A stretch of 64,000 bases of DNA from Mobula birostris (taxonomy: Eukaryota), in contig NC_092398.1 of the NCBI RefSeq assembly GCF_030028105.1, forward strand, positions 28,924,424 through 28,988,423, in the 5' to 3' direction. Below the pieces are notes generated by a model. It saw only the letters and a list, made by a program, of their open reading frames with translations, was not told where the DNA came from and made no database searches. This document shows positions 1 to 12,300 of this stretch, piece after piece. A program made the translations under genes and the position numbers. Within the stretch, counting starts at the first letter, position 1. Each line of letters begins with the position of its first letter.

Positions 1-1150
1 CGGGAGCCTTAGGACCTAACACCACCAGGTTCAGGAACAGTTATTACCCTTCAATCGACAGCCTCCTGAACCAGTGTGGATAGCTTTACTCACCTCAACA
101 TTGAACTGCCTGGACAATGTAATGGGCAGGAAAAATCATTGCGGCCACAACCCACCCAGCAAACTGCTTTTTCAGAAAACTCCCTTCTGGAAAGCACTAG
201 AGGGCTATTAAAACAAAGACTTAATGCCATCTTAAAGGTTCTTCCCCCAGGCAGTTAATCTGATCAGCCATTCTCGAGACCTCCCCTACCCCCTCTATCT
301 ATTACCTCCATTACTGCACTGTAAACACATCAAACCACTTTTTATAAACATGTTTACATGCTGCTATTTCTGTATTTATGCACATTTTATACCAAATCTA
401 TACTTTAACCTTAAAATTTATATTTTATATAATTCTTCATTCGATATCATTGTTGTTTTCTGTTGCATGACACACCCTGACCAACTCACCACGGCAAATT
501 CCTATCCATATCAACGTACATGGTGCCTCAAGTTGATCCTCGGATGTTGCCTCTTTGAGGCAGTGGTTTCTCTAGGTATTCCCAGTGGTGGAGAGGAGTT
601 TGCCTGTGAGGTACTGAGTTAGGTAGAGTTGACGAGGTATTTTTGTACACACGGCCCCAGATGGAGGCTTGTGGTCCAACTTAACTGTGGTTGCCAACAT
701 CCGGGTGGCAAGTGCCAGCTCGGAAAGGCATCTCAATGCCAGTAGAACTAGCAAAACCAGCACCGCCTGGGGCTGGTGTAGTTCTGCCAGGCCTCCAAAA
801 GAAGGTCAGGTTGAAGATCAGGTTACAGAGTTATACCTCATGGGAACAGGCCATTACCACAATCGAGCACGTCTACAAGGAGAGCTACCACAAGACAGCA
901 GCATCCATCATCAAGGACCCCACTATCCAGGCCGTGCTCTCTTCTCACTGCTGCCATTGGACAGGAGGTGCAGGAGCCTCAGGTCCCACACCACCAGGTT
1001 CAGGAACAGATATTACCCCTCAACCATCAAGCTCCTGAATCGACGTGGATAGCTTCCCTGATGCCAGCACTGAAATGATTCCACAAGCTGTGGACTCACT
1101 TTCAAGGACTCTACACCTCATGTTCTCAATAATCTTTTTTATATACAATT
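1..1150 (+). mobile_element. Rex1/Babar-type LINE 3' fragments (1-110 and ~870-1150)
   Basis: YKESYHKTAASIIKDP-like C-terminal coding remnant and the recurring 'caccaccaggttcaggaacagttattacccctcaaccatcaggctcctgaac' end seen in many copies. Mirrored at 50150-51289. Confidence 0.75.
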
Positions 1151-1239
1151 CGTCTTTTTTACAAATTAGTTTCACAGTGTTTGTCTGTTTATATATATAG
1201 TGTTTCATTAAATTCTTGGTTTATTAAGTTTATTATAGC

Positions 1240-1740
1240 TAGTAATGGTAATGGGGATAAACTCCCACTACCTATTAAATGCTCCCAATGACATGCATCT
1301 CAAACAGCCTCTGACGACCAAATCCAGCTCCTGGCCTTCACGTGTGGCTTAGCTACTAAGTCCAGTGCAACTGTTCCACTGACAGGAGAAGGGGCAAAGG
1401 TGGGTTACTGGTGCCTTAAAACCAGTCCCTTCAAGCAGATGGGGCTTATCTACCGTGGTTGGAAGCTCATCTAGGAGAAGGAAAACCTTGATCTCAAACC
1501 TCTGCTGCATTGTGGCTGTACCCAATCACGGGGAAGGTTTCGGGAGTAAACCCTGAAGAAAAGTCCAGAACTGGAGTCCCTAAGGCAGTCTAAAGTTGAG
1601 TCAACGCTGACTGGCAACTCCTGAGACACCACTGGTGCCAAACTGTATCGGTCTCTGCCGTTCCTTTGGATTCATCAGATGCGCGGAGAGGGGGAGCCTG
1701 TTGCGTAAGCAACAGCTCTCTCTCCGCATTGTACCCCCCT
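1240..1740 (-). mobile_element. Unclassified SINE-like/RTE-related interspersed repeat
   Basis: Independent related copies at 51446-51815 (+) and 63715-64000 (-), plus the arm mirror at 49560-50045. They share 'ttttccttctcctagatgagct' and 'tacagtttggcaccag' motifs. Family assignment is uncertain. Confidence 0.6.
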
Positions 1741-2149
1741 GGCTTAGGCCTAAGAGGTGTGGTGTGAGTCACAACCCAGTCATCCCCTGGGCCACGTTAC
1801 AGCCACAGACTGACCACAGACTGACCATAGACAAAACACAATCCCCCCACAGACGGACTACACTCTGACTACAGCCTGAACACAATCTGACCACAGACTA
1901 AATACAGATTGGCCCCAGGTTGCCGCAGATTCCAGCCAAACAATCCTGGAAACTTGGCACGGATTGGGCTGGATCTCCATGTATAGGCCAGGCTCCTTCC
2001 CAAATCCAATCCCTGGGGCCTGCAACATGCAGAGAGCCCAGCAAACATCCTAGAAGGACAGAGAGACCCTCCCCCACCCCATAGGACTCTCAAAGCCAAC
2101 TTCCTTGGCATCACCAACATCTAGGAATCTAGGATATTCTTAGTCTGTT

Positions 2150-3760
2150 GATGATTAGATCTCTGGCATTCAAGACCAGTGATCCAGAACTAAACAGTAA
2201 GTCCAGATACGAACTACGGAAGGCTATCTTAAAAGCGTTATAAACAATTTCGATTGAGGTTAGAGCCTGAATCAGATGCATGTTAGCTCTGGCAAGGTTT
2301 GCAAGCCATTTCTTCCTACAAAGCAAAACTTAATATGATGAATGGCAGTGATGCTTCACTCTCAGAAGAGCTCAACGCCTTTTAGAAAGAGAGAATAAAA
2401 CTACACCTATGCGAATCCCCGCAGCATCCAGTGACTCTGTGATCCCTGACTCGGAGGCTGACGTCAGAACATATTTGAAGGAGTCAGACCTCACAGAGTT
2501 TCTGGCAAGGCACAGAAAACCCGTCCCAGGCAACGGGCGGGAGTGTTCAAGGATACCTTCAATCTCTCACTGCCGCAGTCGGAGCTTTCCACCTGCTTCA
2601 AAAGGGTGACAATCACACCAGTGCCGAAGAAGAGTAGGGTGAGCTGCTTCAGTGACTATCGCCCAGTAGCACTCATGTCCACAGAGATGAAGTACTTTGA
2701 GAAGTTGGTCATAGCTAGGAGCTATGACCTGTACCCATTGCAACTTGCCTATTGCCACAATAGCTCTACAGCAGATACAATCTCACTAGCTCTCCACTTG
2801 GCCTTAGATCACCTGGACAATAGTAATGCTTACGTCTAGCTGCCACTTCTTTGACCGCAACTCAGCGTTCAACACCATCATACCCTCAGTGTTAATCAAC
2901 AAGCTCCAGAACCTGGCCGTCTGTACCTCCCTCTGCAAAAAGATCCTTACCTTCCTCCCTGGGAGACCACAGTCTGTGCGGATCGGAAATACGATCTCCA
3001 CCTCACTGACAATCAGCACTGGGGCACCTCAGGGATCTGTGCTTAGCCCACTGCTCTACTCTCTCAGCACCCATGACTGTGCAGCTAGCCACAGCTCAAA
3101 TGCCATCTGTATATTTGCCGACAGCACAACTGGTGCTGACAGAGTATAACTTAGTGACGAGGAGACGTACAGGAGTGGGGTAGATCATCTGATTGAGTGG
3201 TGTCCCAGCAGGTTCGTGGTCACAGTGTCAGTAAGACCAAGGAATTGATTGTGGAGTTCAGGAAGGAGAAGTCGAGGGAACACACGCCAGTTCTCATCGA
3301 GGGATCAGAAGTGGAAAGTGTGAGCAGTTTCAAGTTCCTGGGTGCCAACATCTCTGAAGGTCTATCCTGGGCCCAATGTACAGTTACAGAGAAAGCACAA
3401 CAGTGGCTATATTTCATTCAGAGTTTGAGGAGGTCCGGTTTGTCACCAAAGACGCTCGTAAATTCCTGCACTGGTACCATGGAGAGCATGCATCACTGTC
3501 TGGTGTGGGGCTGCCACTGCACAGAAGCAGGAAAAACTCAGCCAACTCCATCATGGGCACGAGCCTCTCTGGCATCCAGGCACCCAGGACAGCTTCTAAA
3601 TGTGACGCCTCAACAAGTCGGCATCCATCACTATGGACCCCCAACATCCAGGACATGCCCTCTTCTCACTGCTACCAACAACGAGGAGGTACAGGAACAT
3701 GAAGGCACCCACTCAATGATTAAGAAACAGCTTCTTCCCCTCCGCCATCAGATTTCTGAA
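2150..3760 (+). mobile_element. Degenerate Rex1/Babar LINE ORF2 (RT) with deletions and frameshifts
   Basis: Fragments MFKDTFNLSL..VPKKSRVSCFSDYRPVAL; [44 protein letters not shown]; KTKELIVEFRK..FKFLG. Mirror at 47520-49140 (-). Confidence 0.9.
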
Positions 3761-3944
3761 TGGAGATTGTATCCATATACAGTACCTCAGTGTTTTCCCC
3801 TCACTTTCTGCACTACGTATTTAATTTATTTTTTATGTGTATGTATTGTAATTTATAATTTTTAATACTTCGTACTGCATTGTACTGCCGCATAACAACA
3901 CATTTTCACAACCGATGCCGGTGATACTAAACCTGATTCTGATC

Positions 3945-4795
3945 CTGATCCTCATTGCCGGGGGGAAAGACTCTGCCATTGTTGGGTGCATCAGCAAGGG
4001 AGATGAGGCTGAGTACAGGGCTACGGTAGGAAACCTTGTCACATGCTGTGAGCAGAATTATCTGCAGCCTGATGTGAAAAAGAGTAAGGAGCTGGTGGTA
4101 GACCAGAGGAGAGCTAAGGTACCGGCAACCCCTGTTTCCATCCAGGGGGTCAGTGTGGACATGGTGGAGGATTACAAATACCTGGGGATACGAATTGACA
4201 ATAAACTGGACTGGTCAAAGAGCACTGAGGCTGTCTACAAGAAGGGTCTCTATTTCCTGAGGAGACTGAGGTCCTTTAACATCTGCCGGACGGTGCTGAG
4301 GATGTTCTACGAGTCTGTGGTGAGCAGTGTGATCATGTTTGCTGTTGTATACTGGGGCTGAGGGTAGCAGACACCAACAGAATCAACAGACTCATTCGTA
4401 AGGCTAGTGATGTTGTGGAGATGGAACTGGACTCTCTGACGGTGTTGTCTGAAAAGAGGATGCTGTCCAAGTTGCATGCCATCTTGGACAATGTCTCCCA
4501 TCCACTACATAATGTACTGGTTGGGCACAGGAGTACATTCAGCCAGAGACTCATTCCACCGAGATGCAGCACAGAGCGTCATAGGAAGTCATTCCTGCCT
4601 GTGGCCATCAAACTCTACAACTCCTCCCTTGGAGGATCAGATACCCTGAGCCAATAGGCTGGTCCTGGACTTACTTCCTGGCATAATTTACATATTACTA
4701 TTTAAATATTTGTGGTTTTATTAGTACTTAATTATTTATGGTGCAACTGTAACGAAAACCAATTTTCCCCCGGGATCAATAAAGTATGACTATGA
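3945..4795 (+). mobile_element. 5'-truncated Rex1/Babar LINE, second subfamily
   Basis: DDSAIVGCIS-like RT end, KSKELVVD, YKYLGIRIDNKLDWS, RHRKSFLPVAIKLYNSS; ends aataaagtatgactatgac. Mirror at 46450-47295 (-). Confidence 0.9.
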
Positions 4796-5059
4796 CACCG
4801 AACGGCACATTGATGTTACTCGAGCCTGTGGGCTGGTCTCATTTCAGCGACATGATGGTCCCATGCACAACAACAAAATTGCTCGTATTATCTTGGGCTG
4901 TTAGTTCACGCCTTGGCCACGGTCCAGGCCATTCGCGAAACCTGGTAACCTGACCCCATCCAGTGTTGGGCTCAGCGATGGAGGGGAAATTCAGAATGTC
5001 TAATCAGTTCAGAATCAGAATCAGAATTACTATCACTGACATACAGTACGCTATGAAAC

Positions 5060-5219
5060 NNNNNNNNNNNNNNNNNNNNNNNNNNNNNNNNNNNNNNNNN
5101 NNNNNNNNNNNNNNNNNNNNNNNNNNNNNNNNNNNNNNNNNNNNNNNNNNNNNNNNNNNNNNNNNNNNNNNNNNNNNNNNNNNNNNNNNNNNNNNNNNNN
5201 NNNNNNNNNNNNNNNNNNN
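5060..5219. other. Assembly gap (160 N)
   Basis: Run of N in the sequence. Confidence 1.
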
Positions 5220-5769
5220 CCATTACATCTACACAGAGGGCTGTAGCAGGAAAGCAGCATACATCATCAGGGTCCCCCACCAGCCAGTCCACACTCTCTT
5301 CTCACTGCTGCCATCAGGAAGAAGGTGCAGGCGGCTCAGCACCCAAACCACCAGATTCAGGAACAGCTATTACCCCTCAATCATCACACTCCACACTCTT
5401 GAACCAAATAGGGTAACTTCAAGTCGTCCCATCACTGAAATGTTCCCACAATCTATGGACTTACTTCAAGGACTTGTCATCTCAGTTCTCGATATTTATT
5501 GCTTGTTTATTAACTATTATTACTTCTTTGTTTTATATTTGCATAGATCCGTGTCCTTTGCACATCGGCCGTTTGTCCGCCCTGTTGGGTGTAGTCTCCA
5601 TTGATTCTACTTCGGTCCTTAGATTTACTGAGTATGCCCGCAAGAAAAGGAATCTCAGAGTTTTGTACGGTGACATCTGTGTAATTTGGTAATAAATTTG
5701 CTTTGTACTTTTTATAAGTATATGTAAGACATTGGAGCAAAATTCGGCCCATCAAGTCTGTTCCACCTT

Positions 5770-7800
5770 TCAATCATGGCTGATTTATTTGCCCTCTCAA
5801 TCCCATTCTCCTTCAGTTTAGTTCAGTTCAGAGTTGCGCCGCTATTTTAAATTATTAATATTTTTAAAAAATATTTATGTTCTTTATCTTCTGTGTTTTT
5901 CTTGTGCTGCATCAGATCTGGGCTAACAATTATTTCCGAAAGACCATAAGACGCAGGAGCAGAATTAGGCCATTCAGCCCATCCAGTCTGCTCTGCCATT
6001 CCATCCGGGATCCCACTCAACCCCATGCACCTGCCCTCTCACCATATCCTTTGATGTCCTGACCGATCAGGAAACGATCAACTTAAGACCATAAGACACA
6101 GGAGCAGAATTAGGCCATTCAGCCTATCGAGTCTGATTTTGTCTCATTTAGAAACGTGGAAACATAGAAAAACTACAGCACAATACAGGCACTTCGGCCC
6201 ACAAAGCTATGCCAAACATACCCTTACTTTAGAACTACCTAGGCTTACCCATAGCCCTCTATTTTTCTAAGCTCCATGTATCCATCCAGGGGTCTCTTAA
6301 AAGACCCTATCGTATCCTCCTCCACCACCGTCGCCGGCAGTCCATTCCACACACTCACCACTCTCTGTGTAAAAATATCTACCCTTGACATCTCCTCTGT
6401 ATCTATTTCCAAGCACCTTAAAGCTATGCCCTCTCATGCTAGCCATTTTAGCCCTGGGAAAAAGCATCTGACTATCCACACAATCAATGCTTCTCATTAC
6501 CTTGGACACCTCTATCAGGTCACCTCTCATCCTCTGTTGCTCCAAGGAAAAAAGGCCGAGTTCACTCAACCTATTCTCATAAGACATGCTCCCAAATCCA
6601 GGCAACATCTTTTAAATCTCCTCTGCACCTTTCTATGGTTTCCACGTCCTTCCTGTAGTAAGGCGACCAGAATTGAGCACAGTAAGTACTCCAAGTGGGG
6701 TCAGCCTGTAGCTGTAACATTACCTCTCGACTCTTAAACTCAGTCCCACTATTGATGAAGGCCAATGCTCCATATGCCTTCTTAACCACAAAGTCAACCT
6801 GCACAGCAGCTTTGAATGTTCTATGGACTCGGACCCCAAGATCCCTCTGATCCTCCAGACTGCCAAGAGTCTTGTCATTAATGCTACATTCTGCCATCAT
6901 ATTTGACCTACCAAAATGAACCACCTCATACTTATCTGGGCTGAACTCCATCTGCCACTTTTCAGCCCAGTTTTAGAGCCTATCAATGTCCCGCTGTAAC
7001 CTCTTCAATGGCATTCAGCAATCTTGAATCTTGAAGATCGAGGAGACAAATAGGATGAGCTAAGTTGGATAACGCGGTCAATGTGGATGTGATGGGCCAA
7101 AGGTTCTGTCCCCCAGCCATGACTCCGTGACCCCTCAGTCTCCCTTATTGCAGGGAAGTAATCCCAGTCTATCCAATCTCTCCTCATAATTTAATCCCTC
7201 CAGTCCTCGTAAATCTGAGCTGTCCTTCTCAATCGAATCACCCATGAAGTATTTGAGAGAAAGTTTCAGTGGCCCCAGTCTGTGACAGATCCCCCACTGA
7301 CGTCCTTCCCCGCAAATCATTTGCCGTGACTGCATCAGTATCCCTTGCTGTGTACACCTGTACTATATGGACATGAGAACATAAACATAGACCATTAGAG
7401 CACAGTGAAGGCCCTTCAGCCCACAATGTGGTGCTGACCCATTAACCTACTCTAAGATCGATCTAACACATAGCCCTCTATTATCCTATCAACCGTGTGC
7501 CTACCTAAATGTTTCTTAAATGCCTCTCAGGTATTTGCCTCCACTACCACCCCTACCTTCCGCTCACCATCTACTCTCTGTGTAAAAAACCTGCCTCTGT
7601 CATCCCTCTATGCTTTCTAGCAATCGATTTAAAATTATGCCACCCACCCTGCCATATTAGCTACTTCCACCCTGGGGAAAAAACCTTTGGCTTCTACACT
7701 GTCCAAAACTCCACCAAATTTTGAGACGTGCAGACTTAGTCACCCAAACCTTCCACTTCCCCATGCAAGTTGTTTATAAAAATCAGCAAGCTCAGAACAG
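5770..7800 (-). mobile_element. Cluster of CR1 LINE 3' fragments and tails
   Basis: KYEVVHFGRSN..DLGVRVH..KKAYGALAFI..YCAQFWSP and RMRGDLIEV..LFPR motifs on the minus strand; 'aagaccataagac' and 'atagaaacatag' tails. Mirror at 40760-42830 (+). Confidence 0.85.
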
Positions 7801-8282
7801 ATCTCTGCGGTACGCCGCTCTCTAGTCACCGACTTACAGGCAGAATACTGCCACCCACTTCCCTCTGTGGGCAAGCCACTTCTGCTTCCTCAAAGCCCAG
7901 CTTTCCTGGGTCACGTGCCTCCTGACTTTGCCGACCACGGGGAACCGTGTCGGTTTACGGACGCTGGAATCTGGAGCGACACTCAAGGCGCCGGGGGATC
8001 TCAGTAGGTCGGGCAGCATATATGGAGATGAACGAGGTAGTCCTAGTGAAGGATCCGGGTCCAAAATGCCGACTGTCCATCTCCCTCCACAGACACTGCC
8101 CGACCTGCCGAGTTCCTCCATCTCCTGTACTTGGAGCTTGCCCATCGACAGCATTCCTTCATGGGAACTTATTTTTTTATTTAATTTGTATTTAGGGGTA
8201 CAACACAGTTAATAGCCCCTTCTGGCTATCGAGTCCGTCCCACCCAATTATACCCAAGTGACCAATTATCCTACTAACCCAT

Positions 8283-8580
8283 TTTTTTTTAGATTAAAGT
8301 CCATCACGAGCCTTGTGGCCTATCAGGCCAGTGTTTATGCCGGTTTCCGTGGCGTGAAGCGACTGAGGATCCGAGACTCCCCCCGCCCAGATAGACGCCA
8401 GTCTATCGCGAGGTTAACCTCCAGCATTTTTGCCCGTACTTATTCTCAGCTGGGTAGACTGGAGCATTGTGTGGTTAAGTGCCTTGCTCAAAGACACACA
8501 CTCTGCCGCAGCCGAGGCTCGAACCCATGACCTTCAGATCGCTAGTCCAACACCCTAACCACTTGGCCATGTGCCACACA
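8283..8580 (-). mobile_element. tRNA-derived V-type SINE, left arm only
   Basis: A box TGGCCAAGTGG and B box GGTTCGAGCC on the minus strand; core 'gagcaaggcacttaacc'; poly-A tail. 12-bp TSD ctactaacccat at 8271-8282 and 8581-8592. Empty site at ~40265 in the right arm. Confidence 0.9.
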
Positions 8581-8793
8581 CTACTAACCCATACGTCTTT
8601 GGAATGGGGAGGAAGCACCCGGACAGATTCACAAACCTCTGGGGAAAAAAAAACAATTTCTCCTCATCTCCCTCCTAAATCGATACCCCAGAATGTCGAG
8701 GCTATGTCTCTTAGTTCTCGTCTCACCTACAATTTTCCTGTCTCTTTTTTTTTGCCCCTGCCTTTCATAAATTTATACACGCAGCTGGGTACT

Positions 8794-9325
8794 TAAAGTG
8801 GCCACTGAGTGTATGTTCATGGTCTTCTGCTGCTGTAGCCCATCCATTTTAAGGTTTGACGTGTTGTGCATTCAGAGATGCTCTTCTGCACACCACTGTT
8901 GTAACGTGTGGTTATTTGAGTTACTGTCACCTTCCTGTCAGTTTGAACCAGTCTGGCCATTCTCCTCTGACCTCTCTCATTAACAAAGCGTTTTCACCCA
9001 CAGAACTGCCGCTTACTGGGTGCATTTTGTTTCTTGCACCATTCTCTGTAAACTCTAGAGGTTGTTGTGCATGAAAATCCCAGGAGGTCAGTAGCTACTG
9101 AGGTACTCAAACCACCCCGTCTGGCACCAACAATCATTCCACAGTCAAAGTTACTTAGATCCTGTTCCTTCCCCATTCTGTTGTTTGGTTTGAACAACAA
9201 CTGAACCTCTTGCCCGTGTCTGCACACTTTTATGTATTGAGTTGCTGCCACATGATTGGCTGATTAGATATTTATATTAAGAAGCAGGTGTACTGGTGTG
9301 CCCAATAAAGTGGCAACTGAATGTA
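8794..9325 (-). mobile_element. Non-autonomous Tc1/mariner-like element
   Basis: Inverted ends aaagtggccactgagtgta; internal MGKxxDLSxFDxGMIVGARRGG..ATDLLGFS..SRVYREW transposase N-terminus remnant. Mirror at 39539-40066. Confidence 0.8.
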
Positions 9326-9544
9326 AATTAGTGAGGTGGCCTCTAATGCTTCACTTGGCAGAGAATTCCACAGCTTCACTAATATCTGTGAGAAGCAGTT
9401 CCTCCTCATCTCAGTCCTAAATCCGGTTTTAGTCTCACTCACCAGTGGATAGATCTTTCCTGACTCTGTCTTTACATATTCCTTTCATAATCTCATCTTC
9501 GCGTACAACTTCCTCTGTCAGCTTCTCTCCCTCTCCCTTTCATA

Positions 9545-9800
9545 ATTTTGTATGAATGTATAAGATTCCAGCCTTTCACCTTTCCTAATCACCTGGCTCC
9601 CTATCACCTCCTCCCCTTCCCTGCCCACCTTTTTTTCATTCTGCATTCTTCCCCCTTCCTTTCCAGGCCTGAAGGAGGGTCTCGGCCCAAAACGTTGACA
9701 GTTTTATTAATTTCCATAGGTGCTGCCTGACCTACTGAGTTTCTCCAGCATTTTGTGTGAGTTGCTCTGGATTTCCAACGTCTGCAGACCTTCTCATGTT
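9545..9800 (+). mobile_element. Penelope-like element 3' fragment with degenerate hammerhead motif
   Basis: cctgaaggagggtctcggcccaaaacgttgacag followed by 'gctgcctgacctactgagtttctccagcattttgtgtg'. Related pieces at 12870-13030, 17990-18160, 26200-26560, 37020-37200, 39070-39330, 51840-52150 and 57640-57920. Confidence 0.65.
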
Positions 9801-9849
9801 TCCGACTCCAAGGAAATTAAGTGTGGAAGGGTGGGGTTTGTAAGTTTTG

Positions 9850-10380
9850 AGATGACTCGGAGGTTGGTGGAGTTGTGGATAGTGGGGAAGGTTGCCGTGG
9901 GTTACAACGGGACACTGACAGGACGAAGAGCCGGGCTGAGCGATGGCAGATAGAGTTCCATCTGGAAAAGTGTGAAGTGATTCACTTCGGAAAGTCGGAA
10001 TTGAAGGCAGAGTGCAGAGTCAGTGGTTGGATTCTGAGCTGTTGGAGGGACAGTGGGAACTCGGGATCCACGTCCACAGATCCCTCAAAGTTGCTGGACA
10101 AGTCGATCAGGTTCTTAAGAAGGTGTATGGTGAGTTGGCTTTCATTGGACAGGGGATTGAGTTCAAGAGTAACGAGGTAATGCTGCAGCTCTATAAAACC
10201 CCTTGGGGTCTTGTGTTGGTCGCCTCATTCTAGGAAGGATGTGGAAGCTTTAGAGAGGGTGCAGCAGATATCTACCAGTGTGCTGCCTGGATCTGAGGGA
10301 TGTCTTATCAGGATAGGTTGAGCAAAGTGGGGCTTTTTACTTTGGAGCAAAGGAGGATGAGAGGTGACTTGATAGAGATG
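9850..10380 (+). mobile_element. CR1 LINE RT/C-terminal fragment
   Basis: LQRDTDR..AERWQIEFHLEKCEVIHFG..LGIHVHRSLKVA..LAFIGQGIEFKS..LQLYKT. Confidence 0.85.
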
Positions 10381-12057
10381 ATTTGATTCCCAGGAGCGTA
10401 GGAGAATGAGGAGAGATTTGATAGAGGTATACAAAATTATGAGGGGTATAGAAAGGATAAGTGCAGGCAGGCTTTTCCCACTGAGGTTGGGGGAGACTAG
10501 AACTAGTGGTCATGGGTTCAGGGTAAATGGGATATTCAAGGGGAATCTGAGAGGGGGAACTTTCTCACGCACGGGGTGGTGAGAGTGTGGAACGAGCTGC
10601 CAGCGGAAGTGGTGCATGTGGTTTTGAGTTCAACATTTCAGAGAAATTTGGATAAGTACATGCATGGGAGTGGTGTGGTCCTGGTGTGGGTCGATGGGAG
10701 CAGGCAGAGTAGCAGTTCAGCATGGAATAGGTGGGCCAAAGGGCCAGTTTCTGTGCTGCTGTGCTCTGTTTCTAAAAGGCTTCTAAACACCATTATGGTG
10801 GCAGTCTCCCTCACCAACCCTCGCAGCCCGTCCCCGACACCCACCTCTGCATAAAACAATTTGCTCCATGTCTGTTCTTCATTCTCTGCCCCCTGCCCCC
10901 CTTCACCTTGAATGCCCGTCCTTCAGTCTTTGACAGTTCCATACTGAAGGAAAAGACTTTGCCTCCCCTACCGATGCCTCTCAATATCTTACAAACTTCT
11001 ATCAGGTCTCCACTCGTCCTCCGACGCTCCAGAGAAAAGCACACTAGCTGGTCCAACCCCCTCCTTATCGCCCATGCCCTGAATCCAGGCAGGATTCTGG
11101 TGAACCGCTTCTGCACCCTCTCCAAAGCCTCTGTCATCACTGATTTACTGAACTCTGACACCTCAGTGTTCCACTCGGAAAAGTGTGAAATGACTCACTT
11201 TGTAAGGTTGAACTTGAAGGCAGAGTTTATGTCAGGACTTTTAGCAGTGTGGAGGAACGGAGACAGAGCCCACAGATGCCTCAGAGTCGGTAGAGAGCCG
11301 ATAGGATGGTGAAGAAGGCAAAAGAAGTGTTGGCCGTCATCAGTCGGAGGACTGAGGTTAAGATCCATCAGATAATGTTTCATCTCCACACAACTCCAGT
11401 TAGACCACACTTGAAGTATCGTGTTCAGTTCAGGTCAATTCATTTAGAGAGGGTGCAGAGAAGATTTACCAGAATACTGCCTGGATTAGAGAACGTGTCT
11501 TATGAAAACAGGTTCAGCAAGCTGGACCTTTTCTCTCCGCAGCAAAGGAGGTTGAGAGGTGACCTGATAGAGGTGTGCAAGATGATAAGAGGCAGAGGAG
11601 TTTCCCAGGATGACAGCCAGCACTTGAGGACGTCCATCGGCTGGTGACTGGAGGAAAGTTTAGGGGGTGATGTAAGGGGTAGATTTTTTATATGGAGGGG
11701 TGTGGGTGGTGGAATGCACTTCGAATGGTGGTGGTAGAGGGAGATACATTAGACATTTAAGAGATACTTAGATGGGCAAATAGATGATAGAAAAATGGAG
11801 GGCTACATGGAAGAGGAGGGTTAGATTGATCTTAGAGTTGGTTAAAATGATAGCACAACATTGTGGGCCAAAAGGCCTGTACTGGTAGTACATCACTGTG
11901 GGCTGGAAGGCCTGCACTGTGCTGTGATCTTCCACGTTCATTAGGGACACAAGGGGGGATATCTGAGGGATGAGATATTTTCCCTTCCAGAAGAAGTGAA
12001 TTGAGGCCCCCGCTTGGTGTGGAATTGGAGGGGATGGAGGACCGCAGAGTTCCAGTG

Positions 12058-12300
12058 AAGCCGAACACCGCCATCAGTCCCCTAGTGGAGACAAGGGTGC
12101 GGAGTCCGGTGTGCCGGGCAGCTGGCAGAGCTCCGCGCAGCTCCCTCAGGTGGAGGACAGGAGAGAGAGTCACTGAAGGATCCTTTATCGTAGCCGTTCG
12201 AAGCTGAGGGCGCCGCTTGGCGCAACATCTCAGAAGCCCAATTTCCCTCTGAGCTGCGGTCAGCAACAATCACCCCTGTTGAAACCGTACAGGGGTGCGC
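12058..12300 (+). pseudogene. Degenerate Ig constant-like (CD80/nectin C2-set_2-type) exon remnant, copy 1
   Basis: ccag|TG AAG CCG start gives VKPNTAISPLVETRVRSPVCRAAGRAPRSSLRWRTG with C-x3-G-x2-P-x5-W spacing; GC-rich at third positions; in-frame stop shortly after. Copies at ~17187-17430 (+) and ~37750-38010 (-). Confidence 0.45.

Noticed and set aside
560-860. Hydrophobic minus-strand frame AVLVLLVLLALRCLS as a leader
   Set aside because: No start codon or splice support. The surrounding sequence looks like an old LINE C-terminal remnant and could not be assigned.
7800-7990. GC-rich patch with open frames in both arms and clustered differences (also 40560-40740), first taken as a hypervariable immune exon
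   Set aside because: The opposite strand is degenerate CR1 RT (KVRxHGIQGxLAxWIQNWL..VTSGVPQGSVL region), continuous with the neighbouring CR1.
8500-8580. tRNA genes at A/B-box motifs (also 24110, 36250, 58000)
   Set aside because: No complete cloverleaf; each continues into a SINE body or tail, two of them with TSDs.
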